The translations under genes and the position numbers were made by a program. The notes under the pieces were generated by a model. That model saw nothing but the letters and a program-made list of their open reading frames with translations, had not been told where the DNA came from and did not search any database. From contig MU005957.1 in NCBI GenBank assembly GCA_010093745.1, forward strand, positions 682,001 through 726,567: 44,567 bases of DNA, read 5' to 3'. Position 1 is the first letter of the stretch. Each line of letters begins with the position of its first letter. Source of the DNA: Piedraia hortae CBS 480.64. Its lineage: Eukaryota. Positions 1 through 10,671 of this stretch are shown piece after piece.

Positions 1-852
1 AGAAACAGCATCTGGCATGTCGGTTAAGTCCAACGTATGCACACAAAATAGGGTTAACTTACGAGGTGGAATGTACATCTGTCGGCTGCATAAACTGAGT
101 AGCAGCCTCAAGACTTCCACGGCATTCTTTTCATTTTCTTTGGTCATTCCTGCACTATACCGACATCCAATGCCGCTGTTCCAAATGCGAAAATCGGCCC
201 TCTGTTCCGACGAACCGTCTGTGGACTGTTTCTTGGGCAAGGTGAACCCCGGCCAGAACAAGTAGCGAACAAGAATATCAATCAGCTGCTCTCCAAGCGG
301 TGGGTCCAGTACTTTCTCACTGGCGTGTTCTTCTGAAGGGCCATCTGATGTGAGGTCAAGATCTGCTTGAGGGTTCAAACCGTCAACCCATGATCCAGGA
401 CGATTATTTCGCTTATCCCAAACCTGCTGAGGCGTCTGCGGCTTCCAAAAAAATCGATGCTCCCATTGCGAGATGTGTTCTGCTTCGTAAATGTAAGGAA
501 AGGCTCGGGTGAGCATGCGAATGCAATTCAAAGCTTCGAGTGAGGATGATCGTTGCTGTTCAGCATTTGCGCTTAGAGCTTGGAGATGATGGAGGCGAGA
601 AATGCAAGTGTATACCAACGTCTCTAGGTTCTTTCTGGGATGGACTTGGGTATTCGGGAGTGGACGATCATCGGGACGAGTAAGCGTAAGCGCATGGAGA
701 TCGTTAGGTGACCAAAGGGCAAGGACGTCGTCCGCAGTTTCCGGGAGCTGGTAAAACTTGGCCCACAAAGGATCAGTGGGCGGAATGTTGTCCTCCTCGG
801 CTAAGCGGAAGATGCCCTGTTTGAAGCCAAGTTTGCTTTCTGATGCGCCCAT
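1..852 (-). CDS. HID1: HID1/Ecm30-family Golgi protein, 5' part (runs off left edge)
   Basis: Missing from the ORF track because it has no stop in the window. Minus-strand translation from ATG 852: MGASESKLGFKQGIFRL...LNCIRMLTRAFPYIYE...IWNSGIGC...VEVLRLLLSLCSRQMY, typical of fungal HID1 N-termini with a myristoylation-type MG start. Probable intron 12-62 (GTAAGT...CTTAAC...CAG). Confidence 0.85.
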   Translation of the reverse strand, partial: MGASESKLGFKQGIFRLAEEDNIPPTDPLWAKFYQLPETADDVLALWSPNDLHALTLTRPDDRPLPNTQVHPRKNLETLVYTCISRLHHLQALSANAEQQRSSSLEALNCIRMLTRAFPYIYEAEHISQWEHRFFWKPQTPQQVWDKRNNRPGSWVDGLNPQADLDLTSDGPSEEHASEKVLDPPLGEQLIDILVRYLFWPGFTLPKKQSTDGSSEQRADFRIWNSGIGCRYSAGMTKENEKNAVEVLRLLLSLCSRQMYIPPRKLTLFCVHTLDLTDMPDAVS

Positions 853-1276
853 GTCAGAATGTAGGACTTGGTCAAGTTGTGACGGCTACCGAGCAAGGTT
901 ACGCATGTCGCACAAGGCACTTTGCGCGACAATCGGAACTATCAGAGCAGGCTCCATCACGTTCGTCAACTACACCTGTGCACGGACCGTCGATGACACA
1001 CTTGACGCAGCAGATGGATACCCTAACATGGGAGCGCCACCGCCGTTGCTAAAATCTGGGCTGTTTAGCCTTTACATAGCTATTGTGCTATCTAGAGACT
1101 ATGTAGTTCTTTAGATAGACCATGAAGCGCTGCCAATCGACCATCCGCGAGTGCAACATGTGGTGCCTGAGGCATGTTAGAGTGTCCCCACCAACCACAG
1201 TGCTGTCAGAACGGTTATCATACAAAGTGATCAATCGAACCAGACCCACTCCACTGGCATTGACTCTACACTATAA

Positions 1277-2408
1277 ATGGGCGTCGAAGAGGTATGCGAG
1301 GCATTCGCCACCAACGATGGCGCGGCCGCAGCAGTTGCATACAGTATAATGACCGTTGCAAACATCTGCACACACCAAACGATGAAAGCTTGTACCGAAA
1401 AAGTACTCAACTATACCACCACATTCGAACGCTCCCTCACACTTGGATTATTCCTCGTAAAACTCGCCACAGAGCTACTCGTAACCGAACCACCCACTTC
1501 ACCCAACCACTATACCCACGCAGGATTAATCACCGAGCAAGACAAACTCCCCTGCCCAGAATACAGACGACTCCACCTAGTCTACATCGTCAACGACACC
1601 TTCTGTGCTGTCGAAACCCACTTACGTGCCGCCCCAGACGCCCAAAAAACCGTTCAATACGACACAACAAGGACCCTTCTCAAGCAAATCGCACCATTAC
1701 TCATAAACGTTGCCGCCCTCCAAACCACCGACGATGTCGACACCACAGACTCCCTCCGAGCAATGCTACCAATATGGCAGTCCCTCGACCTCCTCACAGC
1801 AGAACAAACCGCAACCCAAACCACCACCCTCCAAACAACAAACACCAACCACCAAACCCCTCAAACGCTAACCAAAGCAACCCTCCAAAACCTCACAATC
1901 CTCGAATCAACCCTCAAAGTAATCCACAGTAAAGCAAGCCTCACCCTCCCCCTTCGCCACAGCAACCCGCACGACCCATCCGCGCCATGGCACGCCCTCC
2001 CTGCCGCAAACGGGCTGTACATGCTCCGTACGCGGGGCTATCCTTTACGCACCTACGCGTTCCCAGCGGGGGGGTATCAGCTCCGAAACGGCGGTTCGTT
2101 TCTCCCCCCAAGAAACCCCAGCTAACACACCAGGCCAACCTCCCCCACCACCCCTCCAAAACGAAACCAAAGCCCTCCACACCGAAATGCTACAATGTTT
2201 CTCCAACCCGACCTCAGTTGATGACATATCAGATATCGACGAGCTGGGAAATGTTCACTGGAAGGATCCGAACCGTAAAACAAGGAATTATTGGGGGTTT
2301 GCTGTTGATGAGATTGAGAGGGTGGAGAGTATTCTGGAGGGATTTGGGGGGAAGGGGATGGGGTATGATGATTTAGGGGAGAGGAGGAGGTTTGGTAGAA
2401 GGGGATGA
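1277..2408 (+). CDS. Conserved fungal protein with CID/RPR-like N-terminal region (2 exons)
   Basis: ORF 1277-2125 joins in frame to ORF 2187-2408 via a 40-nt intron 2094-2133 (GTTCGT...GCTAAC...CAG). RLHLVYIVND resembles the CID-domain LxLLYLxND motif. The C-terminal PWHALPAANGL and DIDELGN...NYWG blocks look conserved. Confidence 0.6.
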
Positions 2409-2601
2409 GTGGAGAGGGGAGGTTAAGATAATAAAGTCCATGGATGGAGGACCTCGTTGTAGAATACTGTACCGTCTCTCGACGAATGATGGGTGGTGGT
2501 AATGATGTTTACACTACTAAATTGCTGAAGGTTTGGGATCAGGGGTGAAGATTGTCAGATGAAAGTATATATTCACATTTTGTCAAGGATTAGCCATCTC
2601 G

Positions 2602-2689
2602 GGCTCAATGGTCTAGTGGTATGATTCTTGCTTTGGGTGAAATGCAACTTGGATGCAAGAGGCCCCGCGTTCGAGTCGCGGTTGAGCCC
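2602..2689 (+). tRNA. tRNA-Pro(TGG) with 16-nt intron (2638-2653)
   Basis: Acceptor stem GGCTCAA/TTGAGCC, A-box TGGTCTAGTGG, anticodon arm CTTGC-TT TGG G-[intron]-T-GCAAG, T-arm CCGCG TTCGAGT CGCGG. A T-run terminator follows at ~2697-2702. Confidence 0.95.
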
Positions 2690-2915
2690 GCACATCTTTT
2701 TTCACATCCACCATGATGATAGCTCTTTTTTCGATGTAGCTTCAATCATCTGTCACCTCGAGTTCCCAGCTGGTAACCCTACCTTACTCCATGAGAATGT
2801 CACACACAAAACTCAACTTTACACAACTAGAGCATGTAGAATCAAAACAGTCGCTTGAACGCATGCAATTCCCTTCCGTCTATTCAACCACCTACTTCAC
2901 CAGGAAATATGGTAG

Positions 2916-5534
2916 CTAGTGATCATATTTCGAAATCGTCGGTCCAGCACCAAGACCTCCGGCGATGATGGCACCTAGACTCATACTCCGTCGGTGGGAT
3001 CTCCTTCCGCTGGCTGCATCAGATAAGCCTGACGTCTTGCGGCGCACATTACGCAGGCCGTGGTGAGTGGCTTCGCCTGCGTCGGGGTGGTGGTCGATTG
3101 CCGTGGACTGACCGAGCGGGTCTTGGTCATTCTCGCGATGAGTCGAGTTGGTGCGTTGAGGTCGGAGGCTGTTGCCTGTTGTAAATGTGCGAGCAAGGAT
3201 CTCGTCAGCTTTGTGGAGGTTTTCGGACGGGAGGAGGATGGCTCGGTCCAGAGCATAGGGTAGACCACGGTGGCGACCTCGAATCATGATTGCCATGAGC
3301 ATTACTTTGCTGAGGGAATGCAGTTGTGCTGAAAAGGCCGTGTTGGTGTTTGGGTAGCCGAGGCTCATGCCAACGGTGCCGTAGGCTGAGACAATCTCGA
3401 AAAGGACGGCAAACATGGTGAATGAACTATCATTCATGTCGGCCAGACGTTTGCCTTCCACAATGCACACGAGGAAGAAGCCCAAGAAGACGAACCAGAG
3501 ATCGAAACTGAGCTGGCGACGTAAATGCTGGGCAATGTAGCTTGGCACGTCGTCGGACTCGGTCGCCTCTTCACCGCCGTTCCAGATGCCGAGGGATTTT
3601 TCTTCGTATACATTCGTGTTCCGCACGCTGATAGCGATAGGAAAGACGGATATATACATCATGACCAGGTAGCTGACTTGCATCGCTGGGTGAACGTCTG
3701 CAACGTCGACGACGCTGAAACCGGCTGTCCTGGTAGCGGCAGCCTGGAAGAGACCATCAAGTACTCGATAGCCTGGTGCAACCGAGTCGACCGTCTTGTT
3801 ATGAAGGTCGAGTATGATGAAGAAGATTAGATCAGACCCGTTAAGGATGATCAAGACAATGGCAAGCCACCAGGTAGGCCTGGAAGGGAACATGAGGGTA
3901 AAGCAGCGGCGCGGATGATCCAAAAGGAATCGGAATTCCTCCCACAACCCACTTCCAGTAGGCGCACAAAAGGACGCGAGCCATATGATGAAGCGTAGCA
4001 TACACGGAAAGCCTGTGTTGCCGATTACAATAAGGAATGCGCCAAACAGCAGGGGAACAACGGCAGTCTGGAAACTCATCATCGAGTCTGGCGTCATGGA
4101 GAATCCAACATCATTGAACATGCTGGCGGGTTGGAAGATGCCCCACCAGACAGGTTTCACGCCGCCGCTTCGTATAACTTGTCTGTAGCGGCCTTTGCCG
4201 CTCGACTGGATCCACCCTAGATAGACGATCAAGCCAAACAGATGGAAGCCAATATAATAGCAAATTAACGTCATGGCCAACGTCTTTAGTGCGCGATACT
4301 CGATGCCCCCCAATTCCTCACGCTGCTCTTGGTTCAACCCAAAGAAGGCGCTGTTTCGGCCCGTGGTTGCTTGCCAGCTGAGGTAGGGCATATGATCACC
4401 ATTGTTTGATGTGAGCATGCTAAAAGTTCTGGCGATGGGACCGCGGCCATCATCTTTCGACTGCTTGCGGCTGAAGATGGACTTCAACTTGGCCCGTGTA
4501 CCTACAGGTGCTGGCTTCTTTTCATCATAATCGGATCGTTTGGGAGGATCTGGCTCATCGATAGTGATGGCTCTCCTATGTGCCAGCTCAGATCCAGCAG
4601 CATGATTTGAAAGGTCGCCAAAACGACTCTGTTCTACACCAGTATTTAGTGTCTGGGTAGGTTCTAACTCAGGTTCATCATCGACCTCCTTGACCATGGC
4701 ACCTTGATCAAAGTCCCGCGGGCCGGGAATTCGCAGGGTACCGCGGTGAGTGCTGGCATTTTGTTGCTGGCGCCGGAAGATCTGTATATGTCTGTCCTGG
4801 ACATCAGGCTCAGGGATCTCTGACACACGTTCAAGCGGAGGCGAGTGGAGGTTACCTGAGGCCGACGGCGGCAGCTCATCAGCGAACGTGATTTCTCGGT
4901 TTAATCGTGGAGAGGGAAGACCACCAGAAAGCCCATCGTTATCTGAGCCTGGGCCAATTGTCTGGACACCTTCGGTGGGGCTTTGGGAGGCCGCATCCTC
5001 GTCAGCAGGGCTTTCCTGTTTTGGCCCTTTCGGTGTAGTCATGCCATTTGGCACCGTTGTATGATGCAAGACGGTAATTGGCCGTCCAGCAACGCCCATT
5101 TCCACCCGACTCGGGCTGGACTCGCGGGTTTGGTTCCTCTGCAGCGTTCGCGTTCGTCGTTGGTTCCTGGCCTCCTTGACAATGTGTTCGAACCGCTTCT
5201 CAAACCAGTACAGCCGCACAAATACCACCGCAGTATTGATAAAGATTGGTGTGGTAATATGCGATATCATTATCAGGACGATCTGTTGGTACAGGAAAAG
5301 GGTATTGAGGTCCACAGTGTTGAGGCCAGACTGTGTGGCGGCGCCAGTTGCCAAGAAGAGAGCATCAACATAATCAATGTTCTTTGCTGCAAACATAATA
5401 ACGCTGCCTATAATGGAAACACTGACAAGGTAGACGTAATGGAGCAGGACGAAGCTGCCCTTTACCCTGGTAACTAGGGCATGAGCCTCATCTTTGATCC
5501 GGTTGCCAGCGGTTGCCAGCCGCTGGAGAACCAT
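2916..5534 (-). CDS. TRK1: Trk-family high-affinity potassium transporter
   Basis: 872-aa ORF with the four Trk pore signatures (ATQSGLNT, FNDVGF, TRTAGF, SAYGTVG), a long hydrophilic loop and GGIEYRALK. Confidence 0.95.
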   Translation of the reverse strand: MVLQRLATAGNRIKDEAHALVTRVKGSFVLLHYVYLVSVSIIGSVIMFAAKNIDYVDALFLATGAATQSGLNTVDLNTLFLYQQIVLIMISHITTPIFINTAVVFVRLYWFEKRFEHIVKEARNQRRTRTLQRNQTRESSPSRVEMGVAGRPITVLHHTTVPNGMTTPKGPKQESPADEDAASQSPTEGVQTIGPGSDNDGLSGGLPSPRLNREITFADELPPSASGNLHSPPLERVSEIPEPDVQDRHIQIFRRQQQNASTHRGTLRIPGPRDFDQGAMVKEVDDEPELEPTQTLNTGVEQSRFGDLSNHAAGSELAHRRAITIDEPDPPKRSDYDEKKPAPVGTRAKLKSIFSRKQSKDDGRGPIARTFSMLTSNNGDHMPYLSWQATTGRNSAFFGLNQEQREELGGIEYRALKTLAMTLICYYIGFHLFGLIVYLGWIQSSGKGRYRQVIRSGGVKPVWWGIFQPASMFNDVGFSMTPDSMMSFQTAVVPLLFGAFLIVIGNTGFPCMLRFIIWLASFCAPTGSGLWEEFRFLLDHPRRCFTLMFPSRPTWWLAIVLIILNGSDLIFFIILDLHNKTVDSVAPGYRVLDGLFQAAATRTAGFSVVDVADVHPAMQVSYLVMMYISVFPIAISVRNTNVYEEKSLGIWNGGEEATESDDVPSYIAQHLRRQLSFDLWFVFLGFFLVCIVEGKRLADMNDSSFTMFAVLFEIVSAYGTVGMSLGYPNTNTAFSAQLHSLSKVMLMAIMIRGRHRGLPYALDRAILLPSENLHKADEILARTFTTGNSLRPQRTNSTHRENDQDPLGQSTAIDHHPDAGEATHHGLRNVRRKTSGLSDAASGRRSHRRSMSLGAIIAGGLGAGPTISKYDH

Positions 5535-6186
5535 GGCAGCAATGTGTTGTGCCGATTGAGGACCCCGTTAGGAAGAGAAAGAAAAGAGGGCGTGTTACTA
5601 GGGTTTGGATCTGACAATTAACCTTTTAGGAAGGGCTCCCTGCCCTTTTGCGCGTGGAAACCCGTGCAGGAGGAGGTAGTTACGCCATGGTCCAGAACGT
5701 CACTCGCGACACCCGTGTTTTGCGTGAAAGGAAATGATTCGTCATACACGCTAGACCTGGTTGTTTACTTACATGAGGTCTGTGAGAAATGACGGTTCGG
5801 CCCGCTCCGAGAAGTAAAAGCAGCCCGATGCTCGAACGTGTTTTGCTTCATCGCCACGTAATCGTGCTTCAGGAAGTCATTCTCTGCATCGTTAAATAAT
5901 GGTAGCATCATGGCGGGGCTATTATCAGTGAGCGCGGTGTTTTTCCAACAGTCCAGGCGTCAAGAATGCTACCTCCAGCCCAACTGGAAGTGAATGGTAT
6001 GCAAAGTAGTTTTGTTAGTCAATGCGGCTGAGCCATGAAAGATCCTGAGCTTTCACATCCTGGAGCATGATGTGCTGCTTTGAAATGTTGTCAGGGTTTG
6101 TGCCAACCACTCTGAGACAAGTCACGAGGAAATCTCGATCATTAAGCTGCGCCTCGTTGCAGCAGGACTCTAGTACATCCGAGTAC

Positions 6187-9100
6187 CTAACCACACCACC
6201 GTCGGGCGCTCTTGAACATGCGTATCCACGGCCCAAACTGTCCCCATTCCTCCGCCTTCTTCGGAGGTATGTAGCTCCCAACATCCTTGAGTATCGTTCG
6301 CTCTGGGTGGGGCATCATTGCAAGTACTTTGCCATCTGGCGTCCTTACAGCGGCAATACCACAAGGGCTGCCATTGGGGTTGTAAGGATACTCCTCGGTT
6401 GGGCTAAGGTAGTTGTCAGTATAACGTATCGGGGCCAGACCTTCAGCCACAAATGACTGGGCTGAGCTGGCGTCAAAATTTGCATGACCTTCCCCGTGTG
6501 CCGTTACAATAGGCAGTGAAGATTCGTGCATGCCGTGCAGGAAAACACTCGGTGCATGCTTGGGTGAGTCTTCGATCTTGACCATGCAAACTCGGCCTTC
6601 GTACTGTTCACTGGTGTTGCGTTCAAATGTGGGCCAGGTCTCAGCACCGGGAATAATTTCATGTAACCGTGAAAGGAACTGACACCCGTTGCAAACGCCG
6701 AGTGTGAAGGTATCTTTCCTTTGGAAAAAGGTCTCAAACTCTTTTCTGACATCCTCATGCAAGAGCACACTCTTCGCCCATCCTTGTCCGGCGCCTAGGA
6801 CGTCACTGTAGCTGAAGCCGCCACAAGCGGCTAGGCCGACAACCGAAGCAAGCGAGAACCGCCCACTGATAATATCAGTCATGTGCACATCAATAGCTGA
6901 GAATCCCGCAGACGCAAATGCAAACGCCATCTCTGCATGGCCATTTACGCCCTGTTCACGCAGAATGGCCACTCTTGGCTTAGCACGAAGTGGCAGGGTG
7001 AGCGATGAGGTGTATGTCAAGATGTTCTCATCTGGTGTGAATGTGAGATTGTAACTCAGCCCGGGATCTCTGTTATCGTCAATGTGCGCTCTCTCTGCGT
7101 CGGCACAATCAGGATTATCCCGCAGTCTTTGCATTGCCCACGAAGTGTGTGACCATCTTCGCTGAAGTTCCTGTCGAGTTTTACGGAAGATGCAGTCGAT
7201 TCCGTAATAGATCACAAGCTCCTGATTTGACGGTCCTTGCTCTGGTGTCTTTGCCACTGAACCAATGACTGTGGATTTAAGTGGAGCAATGACACCGCGA
7301 AACTTGTTCTCGTCCTGTTTGCGCACTTGGAACACGACACCGAGCTCCTCGTTAAACAACGTCTCGATAAGGTCCTGGGGCCTTCCGGACTTTGTAACAT
7401 TATCGAGCATAATTTCCAACCCACAACGGCCAGCAAACATCATCTCCGCTAATGTGGTGAAGAGACCGCCGTCGGAGCGATCGTGGTAGGCCAGGACAAT
7501 ATCCGACTCATGCAACTGCTCAATGGCATGATACAAATCTTTGATGAGTTCTGCATCGTGGACATTGGGCGTGGCATTCCCAACCTGGCCAAATACTTGT
7601 GCAAGAGCGGAGCCGCCAAGAGCCTTCTTATCGGCGGCAAGATCGACGAACATCAAAATCGTTTCACCAACATCTTCAACTCTGCGAAGCGTTGGGGTCC
7701 ACGTACGCCCAATGTCGTTGACAGGTGCAAAGGCAGTGATAACGAGCGACAATGGCGCGGTGACTTCCTTGTCCTCCCATTTGGTCTTCATGGAAAGTGA
7801 GTCTTTTCCTACCGGAATATTGATGCCCAATTGCGGGCATAACTTCATGCCAATAGCCTCCACTGCCTCGTACAATGCAGCACTCTCACCAGGGTGGCTA
7901 CATGCCGCCATCCAGTTTGCCGATAGACTGACCTTGCTGAGACGATTGGCAATGCTTGCAGCAGCAAGATTGGTCAATGATTCAGCTACAGCCATGCGTG
8001 CTGAAGCAGCAGGGGATATCAATGCCAGCGTTGGTCTTTCACCCATGGCCATGGCTTCTCCAGTTTTAATGCCGGGAGTGAGAGACGTTGCAGTAACAGA
8101 GACGTCAGCCACCGGTGTCTGCCACGGTCCAACCATCTGATCTCTAGCAACCAGTCCCCCGACGGTTCTATCACCTATTGTGATGAGAAACGATTTAGAG
8201 CCCACAGCTGGCAGTGCCAGGACTCTATCAACAGCGTTGTTGAGGACATCTTGCGGCGACACTCTGGGCAAGTATGTTGCCAGTGTGCTATCAAAACTCG
8301 GTAGGTTGAGTTTCCTCGAAACAACTATTCTTCTCTTTTTCGATAACCCTTTGGACGGCTCATCGAACAAGACACTCATGGGCAGATCAATTGGCAGCGG
8401 TTCATTTTGGGAGTTTCGATCCACAAGTACCAGCCGCTTTTCAACCTCTGTCTTTCCAACAACAGAGTATCCACACCTCTCCCTCGCTGCAACCTTCTTG
8501 AGATGCTCAAGCTTGTCAGGAGCAACCGCAACGACATACCTCTCCTGCGCTTCGCAGCACCAGATCTCAAGCGGACTGAGGCTTCTATCCGCACTAGCGA
8601 TTTCTCGCAACTCAAAGCGACCGCCAAACCCAGCATCCTTGACGAGTTCAGGGAAAGCGTTGGACAGACCGCCTGCACCGACATCGTGAATCATCTGAAT
8701 AGGATTCTGATCACCCATAGCAGTACACGTGTTAATGACTTCCTGAGCTCGCCTTTGGACCTCTGCGTTACCTCGCTGCACGCTTGCAAAGTCCAGATCT
8801 TTATCGCCTTCGCCAGACTGTACACTTGACGCAGCACCTCCACCAAGCCCAATCAACATAGCCGGCCCACCCAGCACAAGCAAATGAGCTCCTGCGCTGA
8901 CCGTTCCATCTACCTTCAATGACAGATCGGGTCTAACGGTACCAACGCCACCAGCTATCATGATAGGCTTGTTATACCCTCTAACTTCCTCACACCCATT
9001 CCCAATCTGCACTCTCGTCGTCAAAGTACGAAAGTACCCAGTTGTACAGGGTCTCCCAAACTCGTTATTAAAAGTCGCGCTCCCAACGGGCGCTTCAAGC

Positions 9101-10260
9101 ATGATATCCAAGCTACTGGCAAGGTGCTCTGGCTTTCCGATATCCAGCTCCCACGGTTGGCGATGGCCAGGGATCAGAAGATCAGATACCGTAAACCCAG
9201 CAAGGCCCGCTTTCGGCTTTGAGCCCCTTCCAACCGCGCCTTCATCTCTGATCTCCCCCCCAGAACCCGTGGCCGCGCCAGGATAGGGCGACACGGAAGT
9301 CGGGTGGTTGTGAGTCTCAACCTTGATAAGATAGTTGACTACCTCCTTCGTCTGCTTCCACTCTCCCACTAGACCCTCCGGGGCCCAGAGCGTGCCCTCA
9401 TACCCCTTCAAGACCGCCGCGTTGTCACTATACGCGCTCACAACATTCCCCGGATGTTTCTTATAAGTATTCCTAATCATATCAAACAGACTAGGCCCCT
9501 TCTTAACACGGTCAATCTCCCAATGCGCCCTGAAGATTTTGTGTCTGCAATGCTCTGAGTTGACTTGCGCAAAGGAAAACAACTCCACATCCGTCGGGTC
9601 GCGGTGGAGTTTATTGACGTATGCGTCAACGAGGTGGTCCATCTCATCATCGTCCAAGGCCAAGCCGAGGGCTTTGTTCGCTTGCTGTAGCGCGTCCTTT
9701 GGGTTTGCCCCTTCACCGAGCAAGGATATCATTTGTAGTGGTTTGGGGGATGGCTGGGCGAACATGGTGGTCAAGTTGGGCGGGTGGACGCTGATCATCT
9801 CCGTCATGCGATCGTGTAGGACACTGGGGTTTGGGATGTAGCCTGGGGGGTGGTCGAATGTAGCTGCCAGGACGAGTCCGCGCTCGATTCGTGACACGCT
9901 GTTTTCCAGGTTGCAGACATGAGCTATGTTGGTGGCTTGGGAGCTCCAGGGAGAGAGGGTGCCGCTTCTTGGTGTTACGTAGAAGATTTTGACGTGGTTG
10001 TCCTTGGGTGGGTGGCCGTAGGCAGCATCCAGGAGAGTCGAGTGGAGATGGTTGTCTGGTTGTGGGTATATGCCGTATCGAAGCAACTGTGGTAGGATGG
10101 AGACTTGTTGGTTATGGTTCTCGTCATAGGATGCTACGTAGTGCACCCATATCGCATGCACTTCTTTGGCCCCAATAGCTGCGGCGAGCTGTTTGAGGCG
10201 GAAGGGCGAGTAGGCTGAAGGTCCTGTGTATGCTTTGCAGTGTTGCTGTGGGTTGTCCAT
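6187..10260 (-). CDS. ADE6: Phosphoribosylformylglycinamidine (FGAM) synthase, large-type PurL
   Basis: 1357-aa intronless ORF with NSEHCRHK, KVETHNHPT, HDVGAGG, GKDSLSM, GVCNGCQ and MMPHPER. Confidence 0.98.
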   Translation of the reverse strand: MDNPQQHCKAYTGPSAYSPFRLKQLAAAIGAKEVHAIWVHYVASYDENHNQQVSILPQLLRYGIYPQPDNHLHSTLLDAAYGHPPKDNHVKIFYVTPRSGTLSPWSSQATNIAHVCNLENSVSRIERGLVLAATFDHPPGYIPNPSVLHDRMTEMISVHPPNLTTMFAQPSPKPLQMISLLGEGANPKDALQQANKALGLALDDDEMDHLVDAYVNKLHRDPTDVELFSFAQVNSEHCRHKIFRAHWEIDRVKKGPSLFDMIRNTYKKHPGNVVSAYSDNAAVLKGYEGTLWAPEGLVGEWKQTKEVVNYLIKVETHNHPTSVSPYPGAATGSGGEIRDEGAVGRGSKPKAGLAGFTVSDLLIPGHRQPWELDIGKPEHLASSLDIMLEAPVGSATFNNEFGRPCTTGYFRTLTTRVQIGNGCEEVRGYNKPIMIAGGVGTVRPDLSLKVDGTVSAGAHLLVLGGPAMLIGLGGGAASSVQSGEGDKDLDFASVQRGNAEVQRRAQEVINTCTAMGDQNPIQMIHDVGAGGLSNAFPELVKDAGFGGRFELREIASADRSLSPLEIWCCEAQERYVVAVAPDKLEHLKKVAARERCGYSVVGKTEVEKRLVLVDRNSQNEPLPIDLPMSVLFDEPSKGLSKKRRIVVSRKLNLPSFDSTLATYLPRVSPQDVLNNAVDRVLALPAVGSKSFLITIGDRTVGGLVARDQMVGPWQTPVADVSVTATSLTPGIKTGEAMAMGERPTLALISPAASARMAVAESLTNLAAASIANRLSKVSLSANWMAACSHPGESAALYEAVEAIGMKLCPQLGINIPVGKDSLSMKTKWEDKEVTAPLSLVITAFAPVNDIGRTWTPTLRRVEDVGETILMFVDLAADKKALGGSALAQVFGQVGNATPNVHDAELIKDLYHAIEQLHESDIVLAYHDRSDGGLFTTLAEMMFAGRCGLEIMLDNVTKSGRPQDLIETLFNEELGVVFQVRKQDENKFRGVIAPLKSTVIGSVAKTPEQGPSNQELVIYYGIDCIFRKTRQELQRRWSHTSWAMQRLRDNPDCADAERAHIDDNRDPGLSYNLTFTPDENILTYTSSLTLPLRAKPRVAILREQGVNGHAEMAFAFASAGFSAIDVHMTDIISGRFSLASVVGLAACGGFSYSDVLGAGQGWAKSVLLHEDVRKEFETFFQRKDTFTLGVCNGCQFLSRLHEIIPGAETWPTFERNTSEQYEGRVCMVKIEDSPKHAPSVFLHGMHESSLPIVTAHGEGHANFDASSAQSFVAEGLAPIRYTDNYLSPTEEYPYNPNGSPCGIAAVRTPDGKVLAMMPHPERTILKDVGSYIPPKKAEEWGQFGPWIRMFKSARRWCG

Positions 10261-10671
10261 GCTTGGGTTGGTCTTGCTGATGGAAGGTCAGGTGGTGATG
10301 TTTTACATCAAGGTGTTCGATACAAAACTATGTCGTTATCAGGCGGAAGGCTCCGCGGCGCCTTTCCTGTAAAGAAGTGACAGCGGGATGACGGGGTATG
10401 TAAACACGTTTAGCTCTGGTCTACGTACAGCTGGGGAGTGTGATATGTTCTTTTGCCATGCAAGGTTACGTATAACCCTAATTGTTACTCCAAAATTTTA
10501 GATGAGCAATTTTGTAACAGCTGAACAGTTCGACCCTGGGCAAGATACCGGGTAGGTTTACGAATTCCTCGAGGACTTCTACAGTGTATAGCGCTATAGG
10601 AAAGCTACGGCTGATTTTCCGACTTAACCTCGGATGGGGTTGATAATATAAGAGGCTTGGCGTTCACAGCC

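Noticed and set aside
1294..1932. 212-aa alternative-frame ORF within the CID-like gene
   Set aside because: Explained by stop-codon scarcity in the extremely C/A-rich sequence. The peptide is low-complexity.
7265..9841. Many 70-200 aa antisense ORFs over ADE6 (similar ones over TRK1, RTS1, CDC23)
   Set aside because: Typical shadow ORFs of GC-balanced coding sequence with no motifs.
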